Shown one piece after another: positions 34,906 through 46,824 of a stretch of 64,000 nt of DNA. The translations under genes and the position numbers were made by a program. Origin of the DNA: Amphiscolops sp. MND2022 (taxonomy: Eukaryota); the NCBI GenBank assembly GCA_964187785.1, contig OZ076410.1, positions 55,304,001 to 55,368,000 on the forward strand, in the 5' to 3' direction. The notes under the pieces were generated by a model. The model did no database searches. It worked only from the letters and a program-made list of their open reading frames with translations, and had not been told where the DNA came from. Each line of letters begins with the position of its first letter. Positions within the stretch are counted from its first letter, which is position 1.

Positions 34906-37430
34906 TACTGATGCAGGCCAAGTTCACGAAGAGGCATCAGTTGACCAAATACTGTGTAAAGCAGCGTGACCTCAAAAGAAAAGTAGAAGCGATCACCATG
35001 TACAAATACAGTAAGCGATTTGTTCATGCCAGTAAACAAATATATTTAGATTTTTAGCCTAAAGTCAAATCGCCAATTTGTTTTGATCATGCCAGTAAAC
35101 AAAATAATCTAAGCTTTGAACATCAGATCAATTCGCTAAGTTCATCTCATCATGCCAGTAAACAATTTTATTCGAGCTTTGAACATCAGATCAAACTATC
35201 AGTTTGATCTAATCTTGCCAGTAAACAAATTCAAGTTTTGAACACCAGATCAAATCTGTTTCAAAGTGAAAACTATGATTGTAAATTATAGAGGCAGCAC
35301 GAGGAGAGAGACGCCAGAACCACAAGTGCTATGGATGTGGCAAGGTCTTCTCGTATTCGTACGACCTGCAAGTCCACATCTCCAAACATCCGGTCTGCAA
35401 GGCACAAGTGAGGTATTGCACTATCATATCAATGATGTAATTTTATTGCATCATTGACTCACAAAATCATTCTTTATCCAAAATGATCCAAAATATTATC
35501 TGTCAATTTGACCCACTATCGTTCTGCTCGGTATCAACTCTCTAAGTATTCTAAGTATCATTTTAGTAAACTCAAACTCTATAGTATCAGCTTCTACTTT
35601 TATAGGTTGACAACCTAACTGATTCCCCTTCATCAAGCGAGTGCCCCGCTCCAAGAGACTTTCATGCCAAGCCCCCTGATGTTTTTGGCTTCTCCGCATA
35701 CTTCCAATTTGCTTTGACGTACCTCTAAGTTCCCCGATGTTCGCCATAGCAAGATGCAATGGCACCATAAAACCAAGCGAGAAATTCTCTCAGTTGATAA
35801 GCAATGGTATCCCCAAAGTTTAGCAGAGCGGGGTTGATCATTCTCGGCATTTCAAACAGCCTCTAGCCAACAAGCTATTTTTTCGATCAGCTTGTCGAAC
35901 TTTTCCAATCACAGAATCTCCAGGATGCTGATCTTACCATAAACGTCAAGTCAGCAAAACTTGGACAGGTAAAACTGATCAAGTATTTAATATCATTTCT
36001 AACCAAAATGATTTTCTCGAAACAGTAAATATTTGAACTAATGGTTAACTTCTGGGGTGTGTTTTGCCCATTTTTCTAAATTTTAGACACGTGATTCGTC
36101 CCTCGAGGCTGTGCGGGATGAGTTCCACCGGAATGACACCAGCAGTCCTTTCCACCCTCTGAATGTAATCGACATTCAGTTGAAACCGAAGGTACTACTC
36201 CTGTTTACTGTCACGATCGGTTTGAGATAAATCTCATTTAGGTTATCACCTGATTTTGGTTACTGTCATGATCGGTTTGGGAAAAATCTCGATTTTTTAC
36301 AGAAATTTTACACTGTCCCGATGATGATTCAGCAAACATCCATCAATCACTTTGTTGTTGAGATCCTTGGAGACAGACCAGAACCATTCTCTTGTGCTAC
36401 CTCATGTTTCCTGCTCGTGTCGAACGATGGATGTCAGACCACTTGGCACCAGGATTTCTCGGCAACGTCTGTGGTGTACAGTGTACTCACGGGTGAGAAG
36501 ATTTTTTTCCTGGTAGCATTGACGCAGAGTAATATTGAGCTATTCAACCAATACACCAGCCAAAAGACCGACGCACAGTTATTAAACTTAATTTTAATCT
36601 TGCTGAATTTCATTGTACTCGATATGTTTTAGGATATCGAACCAATTCATGTTCTTCTGTTTTGTTGAAGTCCAACATTTTTTGCTTGCCATAAACGTTT
36701 AGAGGGCGGGTGTGCCGTGATCACTCTCAAATCTGGTGACATACTTGTGACGCCATCACAATTCCTGCGCTTCGTCCTCACGAAAGGGAACTCGATTGTT
36801 GTAGGATCAAACCTTCTCGTAGAAGGCCATTCCGATTTCATTCGGTTGTCCATTCAGAATGACTCATCCTTTCCAGCCCATGACAAATTCCCCTGCCTTC
36901 CTGAGCTGTTCACCATTTTGCTTCACAGAGCTGCACAGTCCTGTATGATGATCAGAGACTTTCGTGTGTTGCATAGGGCAACCGAGAGCATCTGCAATGA
37001 ACAGGACGTGCAAAGATTGAGAATAGTTGTTCCGAACATGTTGTCCTCAATTTTGTAACAGATACACTGTATATTGAATGATTAATTGTTTTTAGAATGA
37101 GTAGTATTCAAGATGACAAAGATATTGAGTATTCACATCTTTTACTTTCAGCTCTACCCGCGTTTCTCTAGAGAATATCTTGACAATCAGATTTTCACCC
37201 ACTGCAGATTTGACAACCAAGTCTCTGTAGCATGCCTGTCAGACCTTTGCCGTTATTTGAACCTGTCCCGAACATACTATCCTGCAAAATGGACAAGGAG
37301 AAGCGATGACGGCGACAGAATTCCTGACAGCGCAATCACAGATGATGAGCTGATCGTTCTGGCGCCATACCCCTTACTATCTTCTTCAGTAGCATCCCCC
37401 CAAAAGCGGCAGTACGACCGGCACATCTAA
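34651..37430 (+). pseudogene. Multi-exon C2HC/C2H2 zinc finger + JmjC (KDM2/KDM7-like) gene, partly decayed
   Basis: Proposed exons: 34651-34837, 34894-35010, 35292-35407, 35606-35968 (frameshifted), 36087-36191, 36303-36577, 36671-37058, and possibly 37152-37430. Fingers: CGQGICNYSSKVKNNVTRHQKSTC and CYGCGKVFSYSYDLQVHISKH. JmjC: LNVIDI, FLLVSNDGCQTTWHQDFSATSVVYSVLTGEKIFFLV, CAVITLKSGDILVTPSQFLRFVLTKGNSIVVGSNLL. Confidence 0.8.
35024..35265 (+). repeat. 63-bp tandem array (4 units), mostly within an intron of the ZF-JmjC gene
   Basis: TCATGCCAGTAAACAA-like starts at 35024, 35087, 35150 and 35213. Confidence 0.88.
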
Positions 37431-38360
37431 ACTTCTGAAGTTGTTGCGTACCAGCTTCCTTCCGCGGCAGAGACTATGAAGTCAATCGGAATATTGAAAT
37501 ACAACTCCATTCTCCGTTAGACAGGTAATTCGTACAAATTTAATCTCAAGTGTACTTCAAATTTCATTCCAAATTATATTTGGAAAACGACAACATTCAA
37601 CATGAATTAAATCTGGTCACCAGTTGTGATGTTACTTACGACTCATCAACTTTTTGAAAGCTATCATTCTAGCGTTTGGTAGTAGCAAAATTATCATCAT
37701 ATTATTGAAAGAATATCATTCTGAATTTATAATTTTCAAAATTCAAGCCCCACAGGAATCGTTTTTTCGCCGCCATCATGAGTCAGGTGGTACAAGCGTG
37801 GTGCGCTTAGTAGCTGATGTGTGAACAAACATGGCAATCTTCCCTCAGTCAGTGCCATTCAGTGCCTCCGAACTCATTCAGTGCCATGTCGTCTCCTACC
37901 AAGCTTACAGGCTGTATGCTACAACTTCCCGTCCTTTATTATTTAAACTTAGATTAGTTGAAGCCAGGGATTGGGAAAAAGTAATGCAGTAACAATGACC
38001 CTAGTGATTCATTAAGTGTTAATGGACACCATGACCCTTTTTTTACTTTAAATGAAAACCTAACTTATTTCAAATGCAATGGTTTTTTTTCTGCCCACCC
38101 ATCATCAAAACTGTTTTGGGGAAAATTACAAAACAAATTTCAAAATTGTTGAATACGGAGTGTATTTTTCCATAACAGGCAGTTTACTTCTATTGGATTA
38201 GTTTTTTTCATTTGAACAAAACATTTTTCACACATTTTGACTGTCAAAAATTAACTGTGTTTAGTTACTTAGACCGTTGCGTTTTCAACAAACAAGCGTC
38301 ACGCTGACGATAACTTTTTTTGACTTGACCGATATGGCTCGAATTGTGCACATATTTTCC

Positions 38361-39343
38361 GGTACTCCTGACAAAATGTGGTCCCTACAACAATTATGCA
38401 GCCGGCCTGAAAACTCCTGAATAGGTGTGGTCCCTACAAAATTCATGCAGCCGGCCCGGAAACTCCTGACTAAGTGTGGTCCCTACAAAAATTATGCAGC
38501 CGGCCTAAAAACTCCTGACTAAGTGTGGTCCCTATCAATTTTAGAATAGCAAACGTAAAGTAAACATTACATGTACAAAATAGCAGAATTCAATTTACTA
38601 GCTTTTAGTGATGTAATACACCTGACTAAGTGTGGTCCCAAGGAGTTTCTGCTCACTGAGTGTGGTCTCTATAATGAAAGTGTTGCCCATACACATTTTG
38701 TCGGAATAATTATCATAACGTAGACAGCTATGTTCATATACCCCTAGTTCCCTAAATGCTGGTGCGGAGCGAAGCGAAGCGGAGCGACGCTCCATACAGC
38801 CATACCTCAATGTTGCTACTTGGCGAAGGGAGCGAAGCGACAGAGCCATACTACAAATCTGCTAACCTTTTCAAATCAAGTTCCATACATATTGGCCGTA
38901 ACAGCACTAAAAGGTCGTAAATTGAATTCTGCTAACTTGAACTACATGTAATGTTTGATTTACGTTGGTTATTCTAAGATTGCTAGGGACCACACTTTGT
39001 CAGGAGTTTTCAGGCTGGCTTCATAAGTTTTGTAGGGACCACATTTAGTCAGGGGTACCAGTTTTAATACAGCCAATGTATATGGAGCTTGATTTGAAGA
39101 GGTTAGCATATTTGTTGTATGGCTCGCTCGCTTCGCTCCTTTCGCCAAGTAGCAACAATGAGCCATGGCCTTTTGGCCAACCGCTTCACTTCGCTCCTGC
39201 ATTTAGGGCACTAGAGGTATGTGAACATAGCTGACTACGCTATAATAATTATTCTGACAAAACATGCAGGGACCACATTTACATTATAGGGACCACACTA
39301 AGTAACGAGAAATCGCTTGGGGCCAGACTTAGTCAGGAGTGCC
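38361..39343. mobile_element. MITE (GG-terminated TIRs, Merlin-like) with an inverted copy of itself inserted at ~38621-39059
   Basis: Outer termini GGTACTCCTGAC...GTCAGGAGTGCC. The X-Y-X'-Y' pattern of inverted homology resolves as a nested insertion. A 49-bp unit repeats about 3.5 times at 38365-38536, and GCGAAGC motifs are present. Confidence 0.75.
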
Positions 39344-40129
39344 CAATTTCTTTTATTACAAGTCAACGTAAACGCGCCTGACTTTCCTCCTTAAATACTT
39401 GTCGAAAATCATTTCAAAATGCTAGTTATGACTCATCGGATAGTCTATAGACCGATTCATTTTCTTTTATTACTGCAGTAACTGACCCTGAATGATTGCA
39501 GTTCCTTTATTGTGAAAATTGTTTGAATTTTTTGAAATATTTACATTTATTTTGAATTGTAGCTTAGTTGATCATTATGACTTTTTGTTATGGTGAAAAA
39601 AACAATCATTGGAAAAAAACCATGATGACGAAACCCTTAAAGATACCATGGTGAGAAAAATGATCAAATCAATACTTTTCTCGCTAAATTTTTTTATTTC
39701 TTTCTCAGTGAAAAACGGAGGTCAACAAAAACTCGAGGATCTTTTCTCAGAATTTCCCAGGCTATTAGTTCCCCCACAGTAGAATCAAAATAATAGATCA
39801 AAGTCTAATTAAGACTGCGTGAATTGACAAGGGAAAAGTGTGTATCTGGCTTCTAAACTGTCACCAGCAAACATGCTCTGCAACAAATATGCTCTTCTGG
39901 ATCTGTACTTTTATATAGTTTTTGATTTTTTTTTCCAAATAACTTTCAATTTTGGAAAAAAAGTCATTACCGGGAATTGAACTCAGTCCCAAAGATCCAC
40001 AGCCTTGTATTTTACCATCTAAGCCACCGATACTTGTAATCAGTACTTTATAATCTTGCACTGTTCCACAAATTGCGGTAATTGATTTAGAGTATAGTGG
40101 GGAATTTAATTGGCCGACGATTTGTTAAA

Positions 40130-41180
40130 TTAAACTGTTCTGATCATGACATTAGGCAAAAGTTTCAACCGTAACTTTATGATTAGAATCACTTAGAAGT
40201 CAAAACTAATCATCATTCAATGATGATGTCTTTTCACTTCAACTAATACATTAACCCATTGGATTACTCGAAGTCACACCACGTGTATTTTTCATTGAGA
40301 ATACTCTCTGAACAAAATTATCTTTTCTCTAGAAAGCTTTTTTCTCTACACGAAACAACCTGCAGCAAGCAAACTCTGAAATATAAAAAATGTGTGGTGA
40401 ACTGATATTAAAATTGGAATAATTTAAAATTATAGTGATTTAAATTAAGTTTGAATAATTTTTATTTTTATATTTATAGTTTAAATTTTTGAACTATATA
40501 AAATCGATCAAAATCAACACTTTTGTTTTTTATCGAAGACAGCGGAAACTAGTTTTGAGTCCTGGAAACTTTCTGAGTCGAATCATTGTTGAATTTCCTT
40601 GTTAACTCGGTTCGTTTTCTTTCGATATCTTATTGATTGAGTCCCGAATTATGTGGGTCCTTGAAGTTGAGATATGTGGGTAGTTCTGGGGTATCAGTTT
40701 TTCTTGGGAATAAAATTTTCCTTCTGCATTCAGGGCATTCCACTTCACAGACTTTCTCGTTGTTTTCCTCAAATAAACAAAACATCACTACTTGTCAAAA
40801 CTTCCAATACTGTGTTGTTCTTTCTAAAAGTTATTCACAATATGGCGAACACTTACAAAACGAGTTCCAACATCAAACCTTTAACAGTTTTAAAATTGAA
40901 TCAATTGAAATGAAAATTTTGAAATTCCCGAAAGAAAAACGAAAATAATTTTTCCAAAGCTTTTTTTGTGATTTGAACTAAGTGCTAACTGATCATGTCA
41001 GTAGGCAAAATTTTCAACCGTTACTTTAATGATTTGATCTAAGTGCTGACTGATCATGTCAGTAAACAAAAGTTTTAAACATAAACTTTATGATTTGAAG
41101 TTTCGTGATTGAATTCAAATCATTAGAATTCAACACTAATTATCTTTCAATACTGATGTGTCTTTAAATTTACTGAAACA
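40130..41180 (+). repeat. Direct repeats related to the 63-bp array (40130-40260 and 40980-41180)
   Basis: TGATCATGACATTAGGCAAAAGTTTCAACCG / TGATCATGTCAGTAGGCAAAATTTTCAACCG / TGATCATGTCAGTAAACAAAAG. Confidence 0.7.
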
Positions 41181-41599
41181 TCAAGCAAAGAAGTGAAATT
41201 ATTCCATTGCAATTTTCACAACAATGTTTAGAAAACCATCTTTATTATAGGTAAATCAATGACTCACAAAACGCGTAAAAATATCAAGTTCACTACTGTG
41301 CTACACTATTTGACTAATTTACACCACGTAATTAGTAAGACGCCGTAATTCTGTCAAAATGTGTAGTGAAAAATCGCGTTATTTAGTCAAAGTGCGTAGT
41401 ACCGCATAAGTGTGTAATAAATTTATGCTCCGGAAAATCGTTTAAACCTGTCAATTATTGAATTCTAGTTATTCAGTGTAACTAAAAATCACTTGGTGTA
41501 ATATGAGAAATAGGTAAATCTGTATTTATGATATTAACTCACAGTGATTGGTTATTCAAGCAAGTCTCAAGATATGGGAACTTGATTGCGGGGATATTT

Positions 41600-44500
41600 A
41601 TCGTAATGGTACAACACAAGTACTATTTGGATGACTACCTCGATTCTGTTCTGTTGAGTGTCCTGAAACTGCTTTAAAACTGAATTAGAGCTGTTTGAAA
41701 TGCTCAAACTGGGGACTTCAAGTTAACAAAATTCATTAGTAACACAAACGATTCATCTGAAACACTTGAGCGTCCGTTCCTGTCCCACAAACTGAAGAAA
41801 TATTCCAACACCCAACGATCACGTCGCATGTTTTAGGTCTCAAGTGGGATCACAAAGCTGACCTTTTGAATGTGAGCCTAGGCGTCGAATCGAAGGAAAA
41901 TCGACCCAACACACAACGCACAGTGTTGATCACGGTCTCAGCCGTTTTCGTTCCGCTGGGACTTGTCGCACCCGTCGTGATCAAAGAGGTCATCCATAGG
42001 ACTCGGAAAAAGGGGTTCCCTCAGTGAAAACCTCGAGAACCAGATGTTGACGAGAAAATTTCCCAAATTCTTTTTTTTAATATAAAAAAAATCTTCAGTG
42101 AATCGCAGTGTGCCGAAAAATCAAACTTAAGGTGGCCCTATATGCTCGCAAAGCTCTATGCTCTGCCAAAAACCAAAGGGGAACTTCGATTGAAAAATCT
42201 TCGGAAAGAATTGTATATTGTAGAAACAAGCCGGGACCGGCCCAAGTCGGCGCCATATCCAAGGCTCAAAAATAGCAAAAAGACTTCCAAGTGTCAAGTA
42301 TTCGTTTACAGTAGTCGAAAATCAAAAATTTTTCGAAATTTTTTTTGAAAAAATTACATACTAAAAAAATGGACCGAGTGGTGCGCCGGGGCTCGCTACC
42401 GCGAGCCCCTGGCGCGCTAACGTCTCACAATGCCGAAAAACTGAAAGGGCGGACCCTTTGAGGTTTTTCAACATCCATTCTGTCGCAAAACATGAAAATA
42501 TTGAAGAAAAAAATTTTTTTATTTTCGGGAGAAAATCTCACAATGCCGAAAAAAACTGAAAGGAGGAACCCTTTGGGATTTTCCAACATCCATTCTGTCG
42601 CAAAACATCAAAAAAAATGCAGGGGGGACCCTTTGAGGAAAAAAAAATTTCGAAAAAAAATCCGAAAAAAATGTCTCGCAGTGCCGAAAAAAAATTGAAA
42701 GGGGGGACTCTTTGGTCTCGCCCGGTATGATATGTTACGCGGAAAAACAGGTAAAACCATTTTGGTCCTGTTCGCTAGGCCAAATGGTGCTATTTGACAC
42801 CATAATAATTTGTAGAACTTTTAAGAACTATTTTGGTCAGTTCGTGTGGATAGAAAAAAAAGAGTCACTATAATAGTCGCGTTTCACTTCATGAAGCGCC
42901 GACTAAAAACCCAATGGAGGACGCTTTGGTTTTTCCTCTACTTTTGCAAGCTTGAAAAGATAAAATTTCGGTTTTATGCGAGACTCAAACCGACGTGCTC
43001 ATGGTTTTCATGCCTCAGAAAATTTGGGTTAACCTTTATGCCTCAGTCCTTCAATGGCTTGCTTCAGCAGATAAACAGCCTGTTTTTGCTGCAAACCGCG
43101 AAGCGGAAATTCTCAAAACCACAACATTTGACCAATTCTCTCACGTACATACTGCTAATGATCCTGCAGACGCTGGAACGCGCGGGCTCGCTGCAGCAGA
43201 TTTTCCAAGTTGTTGCTTGGTTGAAGGGCCTAAGTTCCTTCGAACATCCGACAGACCGTTTAAACTGGAACCATCAGCAATCTACGCTATTAAACCAACG
43301 GAAACGTGTGCAATTGACAAATTACAGTCCAGCTAGCTGTCAGCGGCGTCATAGCTTGACTCCGCCGTCATAGTTTGGAGTAAGCATAGCTTTTATCTCG
43401 AGCTCATCCGAATTGTCGTTTACCTTCTTTGGTTTTCGCCTCGTTACCGCCATTTTTGTTCCATTAATGGCAAAACTGAGGACCCGAGCGAAATGGGGAA
43501 TGCCGAAAAAAACCTACTCAACTTGTCGCAAATAGACTCTTTCCCTATCCATCTTCTTGCCGCCAAACGTTAAAAGACCGTAAATCTCCGTCTCCTATCA
43601 AACTTCCCTCTCATTGGGCCTGATACTTTGGTACGCTCACAGGGCCGACTGCGGCGTCTTTCAGACGTTGAATGCGACATGAAACACCCCGTAAAACTTG
43701 ATGGCAAACATCCTTTCATCAAGTTAATGCTAATACATCTGCATCAAAATTACCATCACCTAAATTTAAATATGTAAGACCCAAGTGGGCCATAAGTACA
43801 TCATTCTGAAGATCCGCTCTGTTCTTCGAACCATCCGCTCCACTGCATTCCTTGTCGAAAACGTGACGCCGTAATCGTAAACCACAAGATGCCCGACTTA
43901 CCGAAAGAAAAACTTGGCTATCTGGAGCCAGCCTCCAGTACCTGGGGGTGGAATACTTTGGCCCCTTCTTTGTTTTTTTCGGCACAGCTCGGAGAAAAGA
44001 TGGGTGTTCCTGTTTACGTGTCTCACCACCCGAGCAATGAACCTGGAAAAATTTAGTTCTATCGACACCAGTGCGTGCGTTGTCGGAATTGAAAGCTTTA
44101 TAGCTCGGCGAGGAATGTCCAATGTAACATGATCCGACAATGGAACAAATGTTGGCGAGGCTGAGAAAGACCTCGTCTAGGTCACTCGTCGCTGGAATCA
44201 TTTCGGGACCACCGCACTCGTGTGCAAGGGTATTTGTTGGAAGGTGAATCCTCCTGGCGCATCAAGGTGGGTCCTGGGAAAAGTAGCCCGGAGTTACAAG
44301 AGAGTCCTATACAGTATCTCGGGAACCGTCGAATGACAGATGAGACTCTGAGCACTTCCTTCTGCCTCGTTGAACAAGCATAATCGCCCGCTGACGCCCG
44401 TTAGTGACCACCTGAATGAAATGGAAGCGCTAACGTCTAATCACTTTCTTTTAGACCGAATATTCCGTGCCTTACCAAGTCTAGTTCCGGGAGATGAACC

Positions 44501-44790
44501 AGATCTCTGTCGACGGTACACTAAAGCTCAAGCCTATTCCAATGCTATATGGTTTAGGTGGATGCAAGATTACGTACCATCGTTGCATAAGCGTGGTAAG
44601 TGGAACAAGTGGAACATGTCGATAGTGCAAACCCATGATGTTGTTATCCGCTCGCTCGCATAACCTCGTCGCGTTATGGGGCCGAGTTGCGCGCTTCTAC
44701 CCGCTCACTTGTTCGTCAGCTGGTCAAACTTGCTGCGGTCTTTGGGCCACTATCTTCGTTGGGGGCGGAGGCTGTTGTTGACAAACAACA
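41600..44790 (+). mobile_element. Decayed BEL/Pao LTR retrotransposon pol with PPT and LTR remnant
   Basis: YYLDDYLDS; SHVLGLKWDH..TQRTVL..VPLGLVAP; KQPVFAANREAEIL..DPADAGTRGL; GVEYFGPF..KRWVFLFTCLTTRA..IARRG..SDNGTN; RPLTP..LTSNHFLL. PPT GGGGGCGGAGG precedes TGTTG at 44773. Confidence 0.92.
41991..42910 (+). mobile_element. Non-autonomous Helentron/HINE-like repeat inserted in the BEL element
   Basis: Short inverted repeats AGTCGGCGC (42245) / GCGCCGACT (42896), a 3' hairpin at 42876-42903, and internal repeats of TCTCACAATGCCGAAAAA.CTGAAAGG..GACCCTTTG. Confidence 0.55.
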
Positions 44791-46468
44791 TGAGCAAGTG
44801 ACAACTAATGATTGATAGCTCTTTTAGAACATGAAACCTCTGAAACTATTATGATTGCCAACAACTTTTGTCCGCTTACATAACAGGCTGGTGTTTTCCC
44901 GTCTGGTTCGGACTTTGTTCCATAATAAAGCCTTTGCAAATCTGTCATAGGGAACTTGTAAAACTCGTGTGCAGTAAAGATGTTCATGTAAATGATTGCT
45001 ATTTCATTTGATATCGCTACATCTTGAAATTAACTCTTCGAGTTTTAACTTTTGTACTGTCGTCAGTAAAAATTTGTCTACATGAGAAGATTTTTAATTT
45101 CAGCGCGATAGAAAGAAGATTTTTCGGTGCAATGAAGAGTCATCAATGACGAATACGATTTTTGCAATCAACAAAAGTTACTTTTGTTCGTATTGTCCAA
45201 TAATCATTTAAAGTGATTCTGTTTTCGTTTGAAATTGAGATTGAATTTGTTTTACTTTTGGTTGGCTTCCGAAAGTCTGTTAGCTTTTTTCTAGATTTGT
45301 TTGAAATCAGTTCTGCTTCACTTTTTTTGGTCTTCTTGTTTTGTTTCAAGTCGCTTTTAATTAGCTGTCAACGCCACGTTTGTCTTGAACAAAATTAGAA
45401 TGCAATTCATATAAATTGAAATTGGTGTCAGTTGAGTGCTATTCATACAAAGTAAAATTGATGTTTTAATCAGTGTTACGAAAATTTCTGCTCTAGCTGT
45501 CAATCAATCAGCTGATGTGGTTTACTGTCACCAAGTTCAGTGATGCACTGTTTATGAATGTTTAAAAATACACTGGGTTTCCTGGTCGAAGACACATCAG
45601 AACAAGAACAACAGGTAAAAGATAGATTTTTCTTTGATTTTTTCTCGAAAATTTTTTTACATTCTCGAAACTCCCATACACGTATCCCCATGTCCTCCTT
45701 TAACTCCCATGTCCAATACACGTTATCATAAACAACCCTATTGAATTTAAGTCCACTCAGTTGCAACGTGTACATCAGTTGAGTTCATCTACAGGGATGT
45801 CAAAAAATACATCGTACATGCAATCATCACAAAAACTGTAACGTCACCCTGTGATTAACGAAAATCGAAATTTTTCGAAAAAGTGACGTGGCACTTGAAC
45901 TGGCTTTACGAAGTACCTGCCCGCAAAGTCATAGAGAGACGGCAGAAGCAGTGCCCCGCGAGGCGAAAAAAAAGCAGAGAACGTACAAGAACTCGTGTAG
46001 TATCACGAATTGGTGAAACTCAATAGCCCAGGCGCTAAAACCCACGACGTCAGCCCGAGTTTATCCAAAGAACAGCATGACGGTGTGATTGCAATATCCA
46101 TGCCCGGGGCTGTGCCCAGCTCGAGCGCTGGTGCCATGCCATCCAGAAACCCACCCAACTCGCCAAACTGGACTTTAGTACCTTATTGCAGTGTTTACCA
46201 TATTTGTTTGATGAATTATTAGCTCGAGGGCTACTTATGTAGATGCTATTTACGTCAGATTCCCATCTGGAGAAATTCAGTTCTATGCAACCTTGTCCTT
46301 TTTTATAGGCAATTTACGCAGTTGTTACGAGATGAAAAGCGTAATTCCTGTGACTTTTAGCAATTACAGACTGGAATCAGGTCAGAAAGTATCCCTAGAA
46401 GACGGTTCCCCTCCTCTGGACCAGCTATCCTCAGGAGGACAAAATGGGCTGGCGTTATGGTGGTTTGT

Positions 46469-46581
46469 CGTTTAGAACGAAACAATGGATTGGAGGAACT
46501 AGCGCCATGGCTGTGGTTCGGGACGGTCCCGGACCACAGCCATGGCGCTAGTTCTTCCAATCCATTGTTTCGTTCTAAACG
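46469..46581. repeat. 113-bp hairpin, 56-bp arms, 1-nt loop
   Basis: The arms are complementary except for two positions, both G-T on the plus strand. Confidence 0.95.
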
Positions 46582-46824
46582 CTTAGCGCTTTCCGTTACA
46601 AACGATATCATATCATTTTTTAATTGAGATTATGAAAAAACCATTATCATTTAGTGATGAAAGAAATAAAGATAACATATTTTACCGCTGGAATAACTTC
46701 GAATGAATACAAGTAAAAAAACTTGCGACAAAGCTGAAACGTTGTTTGATTGCGCCAAAATGATAGTGCCAAATTAGTCAAAAATAAGTCACGTGGAAGA
46801 AAACTGGATTTTGCTAATGACTAG

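Noticed and set aside
33907-35265. 31-bp and 63-bp arrays as CRISPR
   Set aside because: The units are contiguous degenerate repeats without unique spacers, there are no cas genes, and the context is eukaryotic.
44800-46460. Short ORFs of 60-90 aa
   Set aside because: No motifs or consistent splice chain. Lengths are within chance expectation.
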